DNA of 64,000 nt from Vicugna vicugna (lineage: Eukaryota), in contig MU058039.1 of NCBI GenBank assembly GCA_013265495.1, positions 436,591 to 500,590 on the forward strand, in the 5' to 3' direction. Shown here piece after piece: positions 27,799 through 39,094 of this stretch (the stretch's first letter is position 1; each line of letters starts with the position of its first letter). A program made the translations under genes and the position numbers. A model generated the notes under the pieces. The model did not search any database. It was not told the origin of the DNA and was given only the letters and a program-made list of their open reading frames with translations.

Positions 27799-28900
27799 CT
27801 GTGGAGACCGGCAGGGCTGGGGAAGGAAACAGGGTTCATTACAACGCAGGCTTTTCGTGACTCCGTCAAAATCCACCCTCCACGCCCCCTTGACTCGCTA
27901 CCCACCACCTGCAGCCACAAATGGAAGCGAGAAGGCGGGGATACGGGCCGCGGTCACCCGTGTCCGGGTCTGCAGCTCTGCGTACGCGGTAGTTCGGACA
28001 CCACAACCGCCCACCCCCGGGGCGGCCCACCGCGTCTCCGTAGGAGACTTTCGTTCCGAGGCTCCACCTATGACTTCCCCCTTAGGCCTTTTCTCCAAGG
28101 CCGGGCCTCAGCGGCTGAGGCCAGGAAGGTGGTACGCGGGACCTCAGCGTCTCGCATTACAGAATAGGCCGGGGCGGCGCCCAGTTACGGCCGCACGAGC
28201 TTAATCCCCGCGCAACCTGGGCTCAGAACTGCAGGCCCTCACTCCGGACCAAACGCCTGGTGACCTGAGACAGAAGACTCACCCTCGACCTGGTCCGCAA
28301 AACCTGGCCCGACCCGCGCTCGATTCCTTCAAAACTGCAGCGGCCACCACGGAGCTTCCCTCACAGCCCTCAAGCTCCAGGCTCCAAGGACCCCCGGCGC
28401 TAACTGTGAGCCGCCGAAATTCCGCAGAGTGCCTTCTAGGTCCCAAGTGCGCAGGCGCGCACGGGGCGGTGAGGGGGGAGGGGCAGGTCCCTCGGCTCCT
28501 CAGGAAGGGCTTGGAGACGCGAAGGGGAGCTAGAGCCCCGCGGGACGGGGCGGGCAGGGAAGCAACGCTCCCTAGCAGGCCGGATCCTCGCCTGTAAAGG
28601 TGGCCCCCTGACTAATTGGCGCTATGGAGGATAATCCAGGCTGCTCCTCTGTTGGAATTGTAATCCAAAATCAGACAAGCTATAGACACCAGCTTTTCTC
28701 ATTTGGGTTCTTGGCTCCGCAACCGGCGTAAGCTCGGAGCACCGATCCCCTCCCCAAGCCCAGCGCTCAGAGTCCTGGGAGGTATTGTTTCTGTCCCCAG
28801 TGCCCAAGCGCGCAGGTGGAGGGCGTAGAACCTGGGGTTCTCCAGCGAGCTGAAGAAAGGCTCTTGGGGCCACGCACCCTGAGGGCGGCGGGGTGGGAGT
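27760..28900 (-). promoter_or_regulatory. ZFP30: CpG-island promoter and first exon of ZFP30
   Basis: CpG-rich against an AT-rich background; NRF1-like TGCGCAGGCGC at ~28448, GC boxes at ~28464 and ~28547, minus-strand donor AGG|GTGAGT at 28282. Confidence 0.85.
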
Positions 28901-29432
28901 GTTGCAAGAAAATGGAGCCCGAGATCGTGCCCTAGGCTTCCGGCAAGTTTCTGGGGTGCACCCTGCTGAGTAAGAATCCTTAGCTTCCTGCAGGGAAGAA
29001 TTCAAGAGTGAGCCATAGTAGAGTGAAAGTAGATTTATTCAGGGAGATACACGCTCCACAGACAGAGTTTGGGCCACTTCAAAAGGAAAGAGGGAGAGAG
29101 AGAGGGGAAGCCCTGAGAGGGACTGGGTTGTTAGTTTTTATGAGCCGGGTAATTTCATATGCTAATAAGTGGGAGGGTTATTCCAACTATTTTGTGGAGG
29201 GGTGGGGATTTGGGGGGAATTGAGCCACCACCCACTTTTTGATCTTTTATAGCCAGCCGGGGAACTGTCATGGTGCCTGCGGGTGTGTTATTTAGTATGC
29301 TAATATATTACAATAAGGGTCCACTGGAAGTCAAATCTTCCACCATCTTGGCTGTAACGAGTTTATGTACTATCATCAATTTCTGTGTCATTCTTTTAAT
29401 GGTTGTGCCCTGCCCCCTTCCCTCCTATCTCA
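28900..29432 (-). mobile_element. ERV1-type solo LTR, family A copy 1
   Basis: TG..CA ends, near 4-bp TSD ggag/agag, minus-strand AATAAA; shares aagaattcaagagtgagcca and tgccctgcccccttccctcc with the copies at 31414 and 32855. Confidence 0.8.
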
Positions 29433-29722
29433 AGAGAAGTAAGGGGGTTGGTATAAAGAGATTGGAGCCAGAATTCCAAGTTGGTCTTAAGTGTCCAGAT
29501 CTTTAGACTTAATGATGACCCTGACTGTGATATCCTAGTGCCCCGAGGAGGGTCCCTGTGGCGTTTGCTGATGGACTGGTGTGTGTGGACAGGATTGTGT
29601 TTGGATGGTGGTGTTTCTGGAATGTGTGCCACTCCTTTGGGTGCTGGACTGAAAGGACGCCACAGAGAAGATTGCCTGCTATTATGCTGGACTGTGACGC
29701 TAGATTTAGGGGTGTCCCGGGA

Positions 29723-30456
29723 TGTTGAAGAGGAAGAAATTTTCTTCTACTCTTCTTAGTTCTTCTGGCTGATCTACAAAATAAGTCGACATGAGACTGA
29801 TTAAAAGAAAATCAAACAAAAATTTAATAAACTGGTCACATAGGAGAGACTCAGGAAAACTGAGTAACTCACCAAAATGGCTGAAGCCTGTCAGCTAAAG
29901 ACCAAAGAGGATGTTGGGGGTAGTGGTTTGGGACTTCAAAGGGGAGGAAAGCAATCCACATGGAGATGAAAAGCAAGTGTTTGGTGAACAAATGTTTGCT
30001 AGGCTACACAGAAACAATGAGACACAGAATAGTTTCCATTCCAGGCCCCACTAAGAGTTTCCCCATCACATTTAGCCCATATTCTTTGCAGATGTCTCTA
30101 TTGATAGCTCTATTCCTGGAACAGCCCTTTATCTAAAATCTTTAGGCAGCTAAGTGGGAGGTAAAAAGAAAGACTTCCTGAGTCTTATGTTTCTTCAAAA
30201 TAATCAGCCTAACTAGTTTATACTGTAAAGTACAGGGAACTTTATTCAATATCTTGTAGTAACCTACAATGAAAAAGAATATAAAAATGAATATATGTAT
30301 CTATATGTATGACAATTATGCTGTACTCCAGAAATTGACACAACGTTGTAACACTGAAATGACAAAAATAATACATACATAAAAAATAATAATCAGCCTA
30401 AGTTAATCCTCATGCCAAAAAGACACATTTTGTGGGGCAAATTTTGCTCCCCTACA
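29723..30456 (-). mobile_element. ERV1-type solo LTR containing a short L1 3' insertion (30213-30387)
   Basis: TG..CA ends (..ggggcaaattttgctcccctaca); the L1 piece is flanked by a 14-bp TSD aataatcagcctaa at 30199-30212 and 30388-30401. Confidence 0.75.
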
Positions 30457-30643
30457 GTGGCTTCCTTTGTGAAGTGCCAGAGACTGTGTATATCATGAAG
30501 GTGGCTGTGCCCTGAAGGAAACCAGAGTATGTCACCCAAAACATGCATCTTTGAGCTGAGGGCAATTTAGAAGCATTAAAGGCAAGAAAAGCTCTCTACC
30601 CTCTCCCATTTCTGCATAAATGCAGGATATAAATTCTCCTTTA

Positions 30644-31130
30644 TGTGATGCCAACTGCTGCCTGCAGAGGCCCTGTGACCCCCATTCCTGGGCTCTCAGA
30701 TGTCTGCCTGCAATCCCTCAAAAACAAAGTACACCCTTTTCTGACTTGTATTTGCCCTAGCAGAATTAAATAGTCCTGGGAAGTGGCTAACCTCCCCATA
30801 GCTCAGGCTGACTTGTCTCAGCCGTTTCCTCCTTTTGAGTTGTAAATGCCACCACTTGCCTTATACCAAAGCACCGTCTCACTTATAGCCAATCAATAAT
30901 CTGTTCCCCTGTCCCTTTGTGTGCACAGCTCCTTCCTCAATAAAAGACCCTGCATGTTCACCCTCAGTGCTCACACAGGCACCTCTCCTCTGTGGCCGGC
31001 TGTTTCCTGTAGCAGCTATCTATTAAACTTTTCCTTTGTTTCTCAAACTTTCCATTGTCTCTCAAACTTTCCTTTGTCTTTGTTAAGTTCTTTTACAGCC
31101 CATGACACTGGCCTGTTGTGTGCCCCAACA
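30644..31130 (+). mobile_element. Solo LTR nested in the MER34-like LTR
   Basis: TG..CA ends; CCAAT, AATAAAA and ATTAAA motifs; host sequence resumes as tttactggaggacaactctagac. Confidence 0.65.
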
Positions 31131-31413
31131 TTTTACTGGAGGACAACTCTAGACTTTTAGCCCATATATAGCCCCTAAGGAATCTGCAAATAAACACTCC
31201 TTTAGTTTCCTCCAACTTGCCAACCCTGGAGTCCTAAAATTGTTTTTCTTTACCCTATCATTTCTCTATAAATTCATGTTCCTTGTCAAAGATGCTATAT
31301 AAGGTGGAGTTCAAGGCCACCAGTTTGCATTACTCTCTTTAAAGTTTCTCCCATATAACATGCGCACACAAGTTAATAAATTGTTTTTCTCCTATTAATC
31401 TGTTAAAGAGCTG

Positions 31414-31939
31414 CATTATAGGAGAGGATGGTCACGTCCCAGGTCTTGGGTGAGTCTCTGGCACATGCTGCCAAGTGAGGGTCCTTGGCTTCCCGCAGGA
31501 AAGAATTCAAGAGTGAGCCAAATAAAGTGAAAGCAAGTTTATTTAGAGAAATATACATTCCACAGACGGAATGTGGTCCACCTCAGAAAGGAGAGCAGCC
31601 CTGGGGTGCAACGGGGTTGTTTTTATGGGCTAGGTAATTTCATATGCTAACAAGTGGGAGGGTTATTCCAACTATTTGGGGGAAGGGGCAGGGATTTCCA
31701 GGAATTAGGCCATTGCCCACTTTTGGACCTTTTGTGGACAGCCTTGGAACTGTCGTGGCACCTGTGGCTGTCATTTAGCATCTATTATATTACAGTGAGT
31801 ATATGATGAGGCTCAAAGACTACTGGAAGTTGAATCTTCCATTATATTAAGCCTAGTCGGTGGTAACCAGTATTTGTCCTATTCTCAATGGCTGTCATTC
31901 TTTTAGTGGTTATGTCCTGCCCCCTTCCCTCCTGTCTTA
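31414..31939 (-). mobile_element. ERV1-type solo LTR, family A copy 2
   Basis: Colinear with 28900-29432 (gggtccttggcttcccgcaggaaagaattcaagagtgagcca..taatttcatatgctaacaagtgggagggttattccaacta). Confidence 0.8.
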
Positions 31940-32262
31940 GCCCCCCGCTAAGAGACTAAGATGGCTAGAGGTAAGATTTTTCCTCTCTTACAGCCTTATT
32001 GTGTGTTATTTCTGGGATGGTTTTGATAGGCCAGCACTTCTAGTTCTTGCTTTCCAGCGGCACAGTGTTTGTGGGTCACTGTGCTACTGGGTGTTGAGAT
32101 TTTGATGATCAACATCTTGGCCATTAAGTGTGCCCTCAGATATGTGGTGCTGTTGTTACCAAGGCTGTCCCCCAGAATCATACCCCTGCTCCTTCCTCAA
32201 ATAGAAAGCAACTATTCTTATCTCAGGAGGAAAGCTGCAAAAAGAAAAAAAAAAAAAGAACA

Positions 32263-32755
32263 AGTTAGAAAGAACTAGGCCCAAGATGGTGGAAGATTTG
32301 ACTTCCAGTAGACATTAAGCATAATTATACACTCATTGTAATACATTAGCATGCTCAATAACACAACCACCAGTGCCATGACAGTGGAAATTGTCGTGAC
32401 AACTACTGGAAAAGCCCATAAAAGAACTGAAAAGGAAAGCATCAGTTCCAGGTACAAACTACAAACATGTCCTCAGATAACATAAATATTTCCCCCACTC
32501 TTTCCAATTCCTTGCCCTTTACCTCCACCCTCCTATGTATTTGGTGTCTCCACCGGATTTCGGTTGAGAAGTTGATTTGGAAACCGGGTTCCCAATTCTC
32601 CATTCTTTAGCCATTGAATAAAGCTTGTGCTTTTCCAGTCTCAGCATTGTTTTCATTATTGGCTGCACTAATCTGACTGGAAAAAGAACGTCCCTAGTCG
32701 AGTCTTGGCCTGGGCTAGGACCCTGGCATGAGTCCAGTTGACAAATTCGGTAACA
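32263..32755 (+). mobile_element. LTR related to family A, opposite orientation
   Basis: caagatggtggaagatttgacttccagt is the reverse complement of a family A motif; AATAAA at 32617; ends ggtaaca. Confidence 0.7.
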
Positions 32756-32854
32756 CTGTGGCTGTTGGATGAGTAATTACAGGCAAAAGCAACATTAGAA
32801 AGGAAGAGGCAAGTTATCATTATTACTGAGTCATAGAATTGTCCCGAGTATTTT

Positions 32855-33486
32855 TGATGCAGGAAAATCAGATGTCGGGTGTGAGGAAGGCCATGTCCCA
32901 GGTTTCGGTTGAGCCCCTGGGACGTGCCCTGCCAAGTGTGGGTCCTTGGCTTCGTGCAGGAGAATTCAAGAGCCAGCCACCGTTGAGTAAAGGTAGATTT
33001 ATTTAGAGATACATCAAAAGGCAAGAGAAAGGCCACGAGGTGTAGGGGTTGGGTGCTTAGATTAGAGTAAAAGTAGGTACACACTCCATAGACAGAGTGT
33101 GGGCCATCTCCGAGGAAGGAGAGAGAGGGGGTGACCACGAGGCGCCGTGTTGCCAGTTTTTTTGGGCTCAGTGGTTTCATATGCTAGTAAGTGGAAAGAC
33201 CAGTCTAACTAACCTGGGGAAGGGGCTGGGATTCCCAGGAAGTCGGCCATTTTCCACTCTTTACCCTTTTGTGGTTAGCCTTGGGATGGTCATAGCTCCT
33301 GTGGGCATGTTATTCACCATGTTAATTTATTACAATCGGTGTATAGTGAAACTCAAGGTCTACTAGAAGTCAAATCTCCCACCATCTTGAGCCTCAAGGC
33401 CTTCTGGGCGTTGAATCTTTTGCTATTCTGGTGTTAATTGTTGTATTATTCCTTGGATGGCTGTGCCCTGCCCCTTTCCCATCTCA
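32855..33486 (-). mobile_element. ERV1-type solo LTR, family A copy 3
   Basis: TG..CA ends, near TSD tttt/ttct, colinear with copies 1 and 2. Confidence 0.8.
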
Positions 33487-33489
33487 TTC

Positions 33490-33997
33490 TGATGAAATTT
33501 TCACATATTGAAGTATAGGGAAGTCATTCTGGCATATACATGATTTAACTCATATTTTATGCTAACTAAAACAGCCTGTTTGGGGCCTATCAAATATACG
33601 TTGTACGTCTACTTTGTTAAAGGAAAGGGGCAATGATACGGAAGTAAAGAATGTCCACATTAAAAATAAAGATTTTAATCCCTTCCTGGGATGCTGATTC
33701 TGGTACTCCTTCTTCTTCAATGATAAGACTCCCCTCCCAGGTGCCAAAGCCATACTGACTCACTATGTACATGCTGATTTGTTGTTGTTGTTTTGAAACC
33801 TTGAAAGAATGTATCCCTGACTTTTTTGATGTTCTGTGTTCTGACAGGATATAAAACTCTGCTGAAAATCATGCTTCTCCAGAGCAGTTCCTTGGATCTA
33901 TCTAGGGCTGTCTCCTAGAATATAATTCTACGTTTGGCTCAAACAAAACTATTTCCTATTCCTATTATAGATTGTTTATTGATTATTTCTGTGGACA
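33490..33997 (+). mobile_element. Solo LTR, family B copy 1
   Basis: tgatgaaattttcacatattgaagtatagggaagtcattctggc..gattatttctgtggaca; homologous to the copies at 37481, 45206 and 48380. Confidence 0.8.
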
Positions 33998-34230
33998 ATG
34001 TAATCAGAAAGTTGAAATTAATAGGACTTCATAAAACAAAAGAGAAGGGCATTTTATTTTCTCCCATAAATGCAATTGCAATATTTTTCTGTGGGTGAGG
34101 GTTTTTTCCCCCAACCCTAGATGAAATGTTAGATGAATTCAGTGTCTTCAATCACTCTTTATAATAAAAGATACTTTGAACACTTTAAAGTTAAAATTAG
34201 TCTCATTTTAGTAGTTAAAAATATCTTCAG

Positions 34231-34677
34231 TGTCCACTGAAAAAAAATACACAGAGCCTAGAAATTGAGAACTGTTTTATTCAGGGCATTACTGAGGAAT
34301 ATAGCCTCTCAGATAGCTCTGAGCAACTGTTCCAAAAAGGTAAAGGAGGAGACAAGATGTATAAGTTTTTGCTGGAAGAAAAAAAATAAGCATGTAGACA
34401 TGTAGTCAAACATTGAAGGATTACTGCTAATCACAAAAATGAGACATCTCAAGTTAATGATTTTAGTACTTTTCTGTGCATGGGAAGATGCAAGACTCTG
34501 GGCTCATGGAAATTATTCCTTAGATATGCATCCTAACTTTCTAAGGCCAGTATCCTATTTTTTCTCCATCCTGAATTCTCCTCAGGGCACACATTCAGGG
34601 GTGGATACAGTGAGAAGTGGATTGATGGTGGGAAACATTTGTTTACTGAAATGGCAGGCAACATTTTTTTGTTCACA
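34231..34677 (-). mobile_element. ERV1-type solo LTR
   Basis: TG..CA ends, near TSD tcag/ttag, minus-strand AATAAA (gttttattc). Confidence 0.7.
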
Positions 34678-37264
34678 TTAGCAATAAAAATGTGCAGTGT
34701 AATTATCAATACTTCATTTGAAGCAAAAAAAAAACAGCACATTTCTACCTTCTTCCTCCTTGACCACCACCAAATATGGTTATATCTCAATTATTGGTTA
34801 TGTGAATATATGGTACTTATATACTAATTATGTAAACTTTTCATTTAAAACTAAGTTCATTTTTTTCTTAGATATATTTTATTAAGGATTTATTTAATAA
34901 GTTTTCTTGTACCTTTCTCTACTTTTTAGAGATGTTCCAAAAGATATGTTCAATGTCCACTGGTGTCTTTTTCCCCAATGATTCAAATACCCAATTAGAA
35001 TCTCTCAGTCCTCCGTTATGTGGCTCCAATTAGACTGTACACTTACCATGAAGCTTACTTTCATTGTTTTCCTGAATTGGATTTCTGTTTCCTGGAATTA
35101 AGTTAATTTTTGCTAATTTTTCAATATTGCTCAGGATCTTTTTCCAACAGCTTCCTTAAGATGCATGTGTTAGAGATAAATTTCTGACTCTTTTCATATT
35201 TGGAAATGTCTTTCTTCTACCTCATATTTTGCTAATATTCAGAATTTAGAAACATCACTTCAAAGTTTTCTGCTATCTAATGATATCGTTAGTGCCCATT
35301 GTTTTCTGTACCTTTGTATGTAATCTTATGTCTTCCTCCCATTCACCCCCAATACTTACTATTTATAGCACCAATGTACTGAAATGTCATTATTTATCTT
35401 GTGGATTTTTAAACATTTTTTATGCTACATATAGGTAAGCACTTTCAGTCTATAGGATCTAGGTCTGAGAATTTCTCTTATATTTTTGTTTCTTGACAGT
35501 CTTCAGTATTTCAGGTTTTTTTGTTTTCTTCCAGGAATGTGTATTTCAGAGAAGGGCTTATGAGTTGTGTCTAAGTTTTCCTTCTTCATAGATTTCTGTT
35601 CTTTTCACATGTGCAGTATAATTTCTGATCTCTCATAAAGTAATTGTAGTTGTTTAAAGTTTATTTCTAATTTTTGCTCTTAATGTCCAAATCAAATCCT
35701 TTTTTTAAAAAATTGAATTATATCTGGATTTGGGTCCGCTTTAGCTCCTGTCATTAGGTCGAGCCATCACTAGGAGGGCAGTTGGTACAAGATGGTGAGA
35801 CAGACTCCAAGAACTGGGACGTCAGGAATCTATAAAAAGGAAGGCTCGCGGACCCTCCCTACTGTTATTGAGATCGTTGCCCAGAACCATACCCCTGCCC
35901 CTCCCGTGAATGGAAGCTACCTCGGCAGGCTTCTGTTGCAGAACCAAACCTCAAAAGGAGGAAACCAAATAGAAAAGGAAGATGCAGCTGTAACTTGTTG
36001 AAGTCACCGTCTTGATCTCTGGTGAACCTAAGTCTCGTTATAGTCTCCCTGGAATACATTAGCGCGCTCAGTGACACACCCATCAGCGGCCCTAACAGGA
36101 AACACCTGACAATAGAGAAGGATGAAAACGAGGTGGGACCCCAGTTCCTGGGAGAACCCCGCCTTTTCCCAGAAAACCAATACCAAGGCCTCCCCCTCAT
36201 TAACCCTACCTTTCCAGTTCTTACCTTGCAGTGTTCCAGAGGAGATGCTGATTGGCCAAGGCACTTTCCGCTTCTCCATTCTCTGGCCGTTGACTACAGC
36301 TTGTGCTCTGACTCCCTTGGGATCGATTTCCTTACTGCCAAGGCAGGGGGCTCCGGCTGCGCTAGGGCCCAAAAGGCGGATCCGTAGGACCAATTCGGTA
36401 AGACTCCCTCTCAACGCAAGTGCTGTTTTTCCTCTCCTCCCGTCCCTTCTGACAACGCTGGCGACCGTGCGCTCAAGGCTGCCTTCACCACCCCGCCCGG
36501 CTGCTAAGCGGCAGGTCCCCTAGGCTCTGGGGAGCAGGAGAGACCTTGGTGGTTGGCAGGTGCAGATGATGGTTGGGTCCCGTGCTGTGGGGAAGGGCTT
36601 GTGGCCTGCGTCTTCCAGTGGTCCAGCAGATACATAGAAGGATGGATGAATACACGGATGGATTGGTGGGGCTCTCAAGAGTGCAGGAAAGCCCTACCAG
36701 TCTTCCAGGCCAGGCTTCCCAAGCAGGATGTGAGGAGCCGGCAACGGGAGGCCAGGGGCAGGTTGAGGGCCTCGAGTGAAAGAATGGCGGTGAGAAGGGG
36801 CTTTCAACCGACTCCTGTAAGGCACTGGACTAGGCAGAGAACCCGCCCAACGTGGCACCAGGGCATGGGCGGCCTCTGCCCAGGTCTATGGCTCTCGAGG
36901 AGGATGGAGGGAAGCAGGGAGAAGGAGCTGGGTGGGGCAGTGATGTTCAACCGACACGACGATCATTTCGAGCGGGGATTCAGGGATCTTCATCGCCGCT
37001 CACCGCACCGCATATTATGCCCCCTCTCCCCACAGTTGGCACTAGCTTCACACACCTTGATCCGGATTGAGGTCCTCTTTTCGTCCCGCCACCAGGTGCA
37101 GACATCACCGGGGGCGGCAGTGGGTCCAAGATGGCAACAGACTCTAAGATATGGGTTGTCAGGAACTCGAGGAGAGGAAGACTGGCGCTGCCTCTCTATG
37201 TCCCACCATCAACCTCTGTCTTCTGCCTTTCCTCCGACAGCACAGCTGCCAGTTAAAGCCCGTG

Positions 37265-37310
37265 CTCCAACTGCGCATGCGCGAGACGAGATCTGTGGGC
37301 GGAGCCGGTT
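37265..37310. promoter_or_regulatory. NRF1 palindrome plus GC box in a CpG-rich patch
   Basis: TGCGCATGCGC at 37272-37282 and GGGCGGAG at ~37297; YY1-type CAAGATGGC at ~37127. Confidence 0.55.
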
Positions 37311-37480
37311 GACTTCACAATGACCTGCAGGATTGCTGAGGGTTAGGTCCATTAGGTTCTGGGGGTCGGGAGCGGCCTTTGGCGGTTGGCAGGTACGGGT
37401 GAAGGCTGTGTCTCGCACTCCAGGAAGGGTCTGTGGCTTGTGACTTCCAGTAGTTCAGTGGAGGGAGGGAGGGAGGGATG

Positions 37481-37983
37481 GGATGAAAGAAATTTTCACA
37501 CTGAGGTATGGCGAAGTCCTTCTGGCTCATACATAATTTGGAAGCTAGCCAGAACAGCCTGTTTGGTGGCCTATTAAACAGACATTGTGCATCTGCTCTG
37601 TTCAATAAAGAAAAGGGTGGGTGCGTTGTCCACCAGGAAAAAAAAAAAAGTCCGTTTTAAAGCTCCAGATAAATGCCTCCCTCCCTTACTGGGACACCAG
37701 GACTAGGACTCCTTCGATGACGAAGCTCCCTAACCAGGTGCCAAGGCCATACTGACTGTCTAGGTGCTAATCTGTCTTTTTGGAAACCTTGAAGGAATAC
37801 ACCCCTGTCGTATTTGATGTTCTGTGTTCTGACAAGATAGAAAACTGCTGAAAATCATGCTTCTCCAGAGTAGCTCCTCAGAGATACCTGAGAGGCTATC
37901 TGCTAGGCTATAGCTCTCAGTTTGGCTCAAATGACTCTTTTCTATTCCAAGTATAGATAGTTTAGTGATGATTTCCATCGACA
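37481..37983 (+). mobile_element. Solo LTR, family B copy 2, inserted in tandem unit B
   Basis: Perfect 4-bp TSD GATG (37477-37480 and 37984-37987); homologous to 33490-33997. Confidence 0.85.
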
Positions 37984-39094
37984 GATGGATGTATGGGTAA
38001 AAGGAAAGATGGATTGACGGGTGAATAGATGGGTGGCTTGTTGGGGCTACCAAAAGTGGAGGCAAGCCCTGCCAGCACAGGGTTATCAAGCAGGACTGGG
38101 GTGGAGCACAGTGGGGAGAAGTTGGGGGCTAGGGAGGAAGAACCGAGGTGAGAAAGGGCCTTCAATAGATTCCTGCAATGCACTGGGAAAAGCAAGGACA
38201 CCCCACCCAGTGTGGCAACAGGGCATAAGCCTCTTCTTCTGTCTGGGTCAGTGGATTTTCGGGTGACATGACCATAGTTTGGGCAGGGACTCTGGGATGT
38301 TCAGCACCCCAACTTCATCAGGTCACATCCTTCGTCCCATATGACACCATTCCCACCCACCCTGATCCAGATTTTGGGTCCACAGAGGTGCCCCACATGT
38401 CTTTGTCTAGCCACCAGCCAGGTTCAGCAAACACAGGCAAACATGGCAGCAGGCACCCAGAGATCTAGGATGTCCATAATGTGATGCAGGAGAACTACCC
38501 CATTCCTACCTCCCACCATCTCCCATTGGTCCTCTTCACCCCTTGATCTTCTGACAACCTACCTTGCCAGAGTTGATGCCTGCACTCCAACTGCCCAGTG
38601 GGGCCCAAGGAGAGCTCCTGCCTCCCCATTTCCCAACGCTGTGGCTAAAGGATTTGTCTCTGGGGTCCTGGCTAGCTCTTTTGCCCTCTGCCGGTAGTCA
38701 TTTCTCCACTAAGGGCTTAGCCTAGGTCCTCCAGTTGGTCCTTTGCATGGATGGATGGATGGATGGACGGACAGATGGATGGATGAAACAACAGATACAT
38801 GACTGGCTGGCTGAATGTTCAGATCGAAAAAAGGATGGATGGATGTGTAGTTGAGGCTCCCGAGAGCTGAGGAAGGCGGGGCCTGGCCAAGCTGAACCAG
38901 GCAGGATCAAGAGCCTAGTGGTGATATTCCTCCCTTAGGTCAGCCAGGAGGTTGTGCCCGGGGCTATATCAGGAGACTGCCCGGTGACCCTGAGGTGGGA
39001 CTTTAGGATGAACATAGTGTGAGGCAGTAGAACAAGGCTGTCTCCCCATTCCTACCTCCCACCATCACCCACCATCTCTTCTCCCCTTCTTTTA

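Larger units (their letters stand above)
30513..31992 (+). mobile_element. MER34-like LTR split by two nested LTRs
   Basis: Starts tgaaggaaaccagagtatgtcacccaaaacatg, AATAAA at ~31375, ends ..tagaggtaagattttt cctctcttaca; near TSD gccc/gcct. Confidence 0.7.
36400..39090. repeat. Diverged tandem array of ~0.83-kb GC-rich units (tail of unit 0, A ~36510-37330, B ~37340-38640, partial C ~38650-39090)
   Basis: Recurrent anchors: ggttggcagg at 36551/37384, ctccaactgc at 37265/38585, cttctgacaac at ~36445/38548, an exact 23-mer at 38498/39044, and GGAT tracts at the same position in each unit. Confidence 0.85.

Noticed and set aside
28900..33486. Family A LTR copies as the ends of one provirus
   Set aside because: No gag/pol sequence lies between them; copies 1 and 3 have separate TSDs and copy 2 is nested in another LTR
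36553..37323. 256-aa plus-strand ORF and overlapping ORFs at 35.8-37.6 kb
   Set aside because: Non-ATG start, Arg/Gly/Trp-rich composition typical of GC-rich non-coding DNA, no recognisable domain, and no equivalent long ORF in unit B
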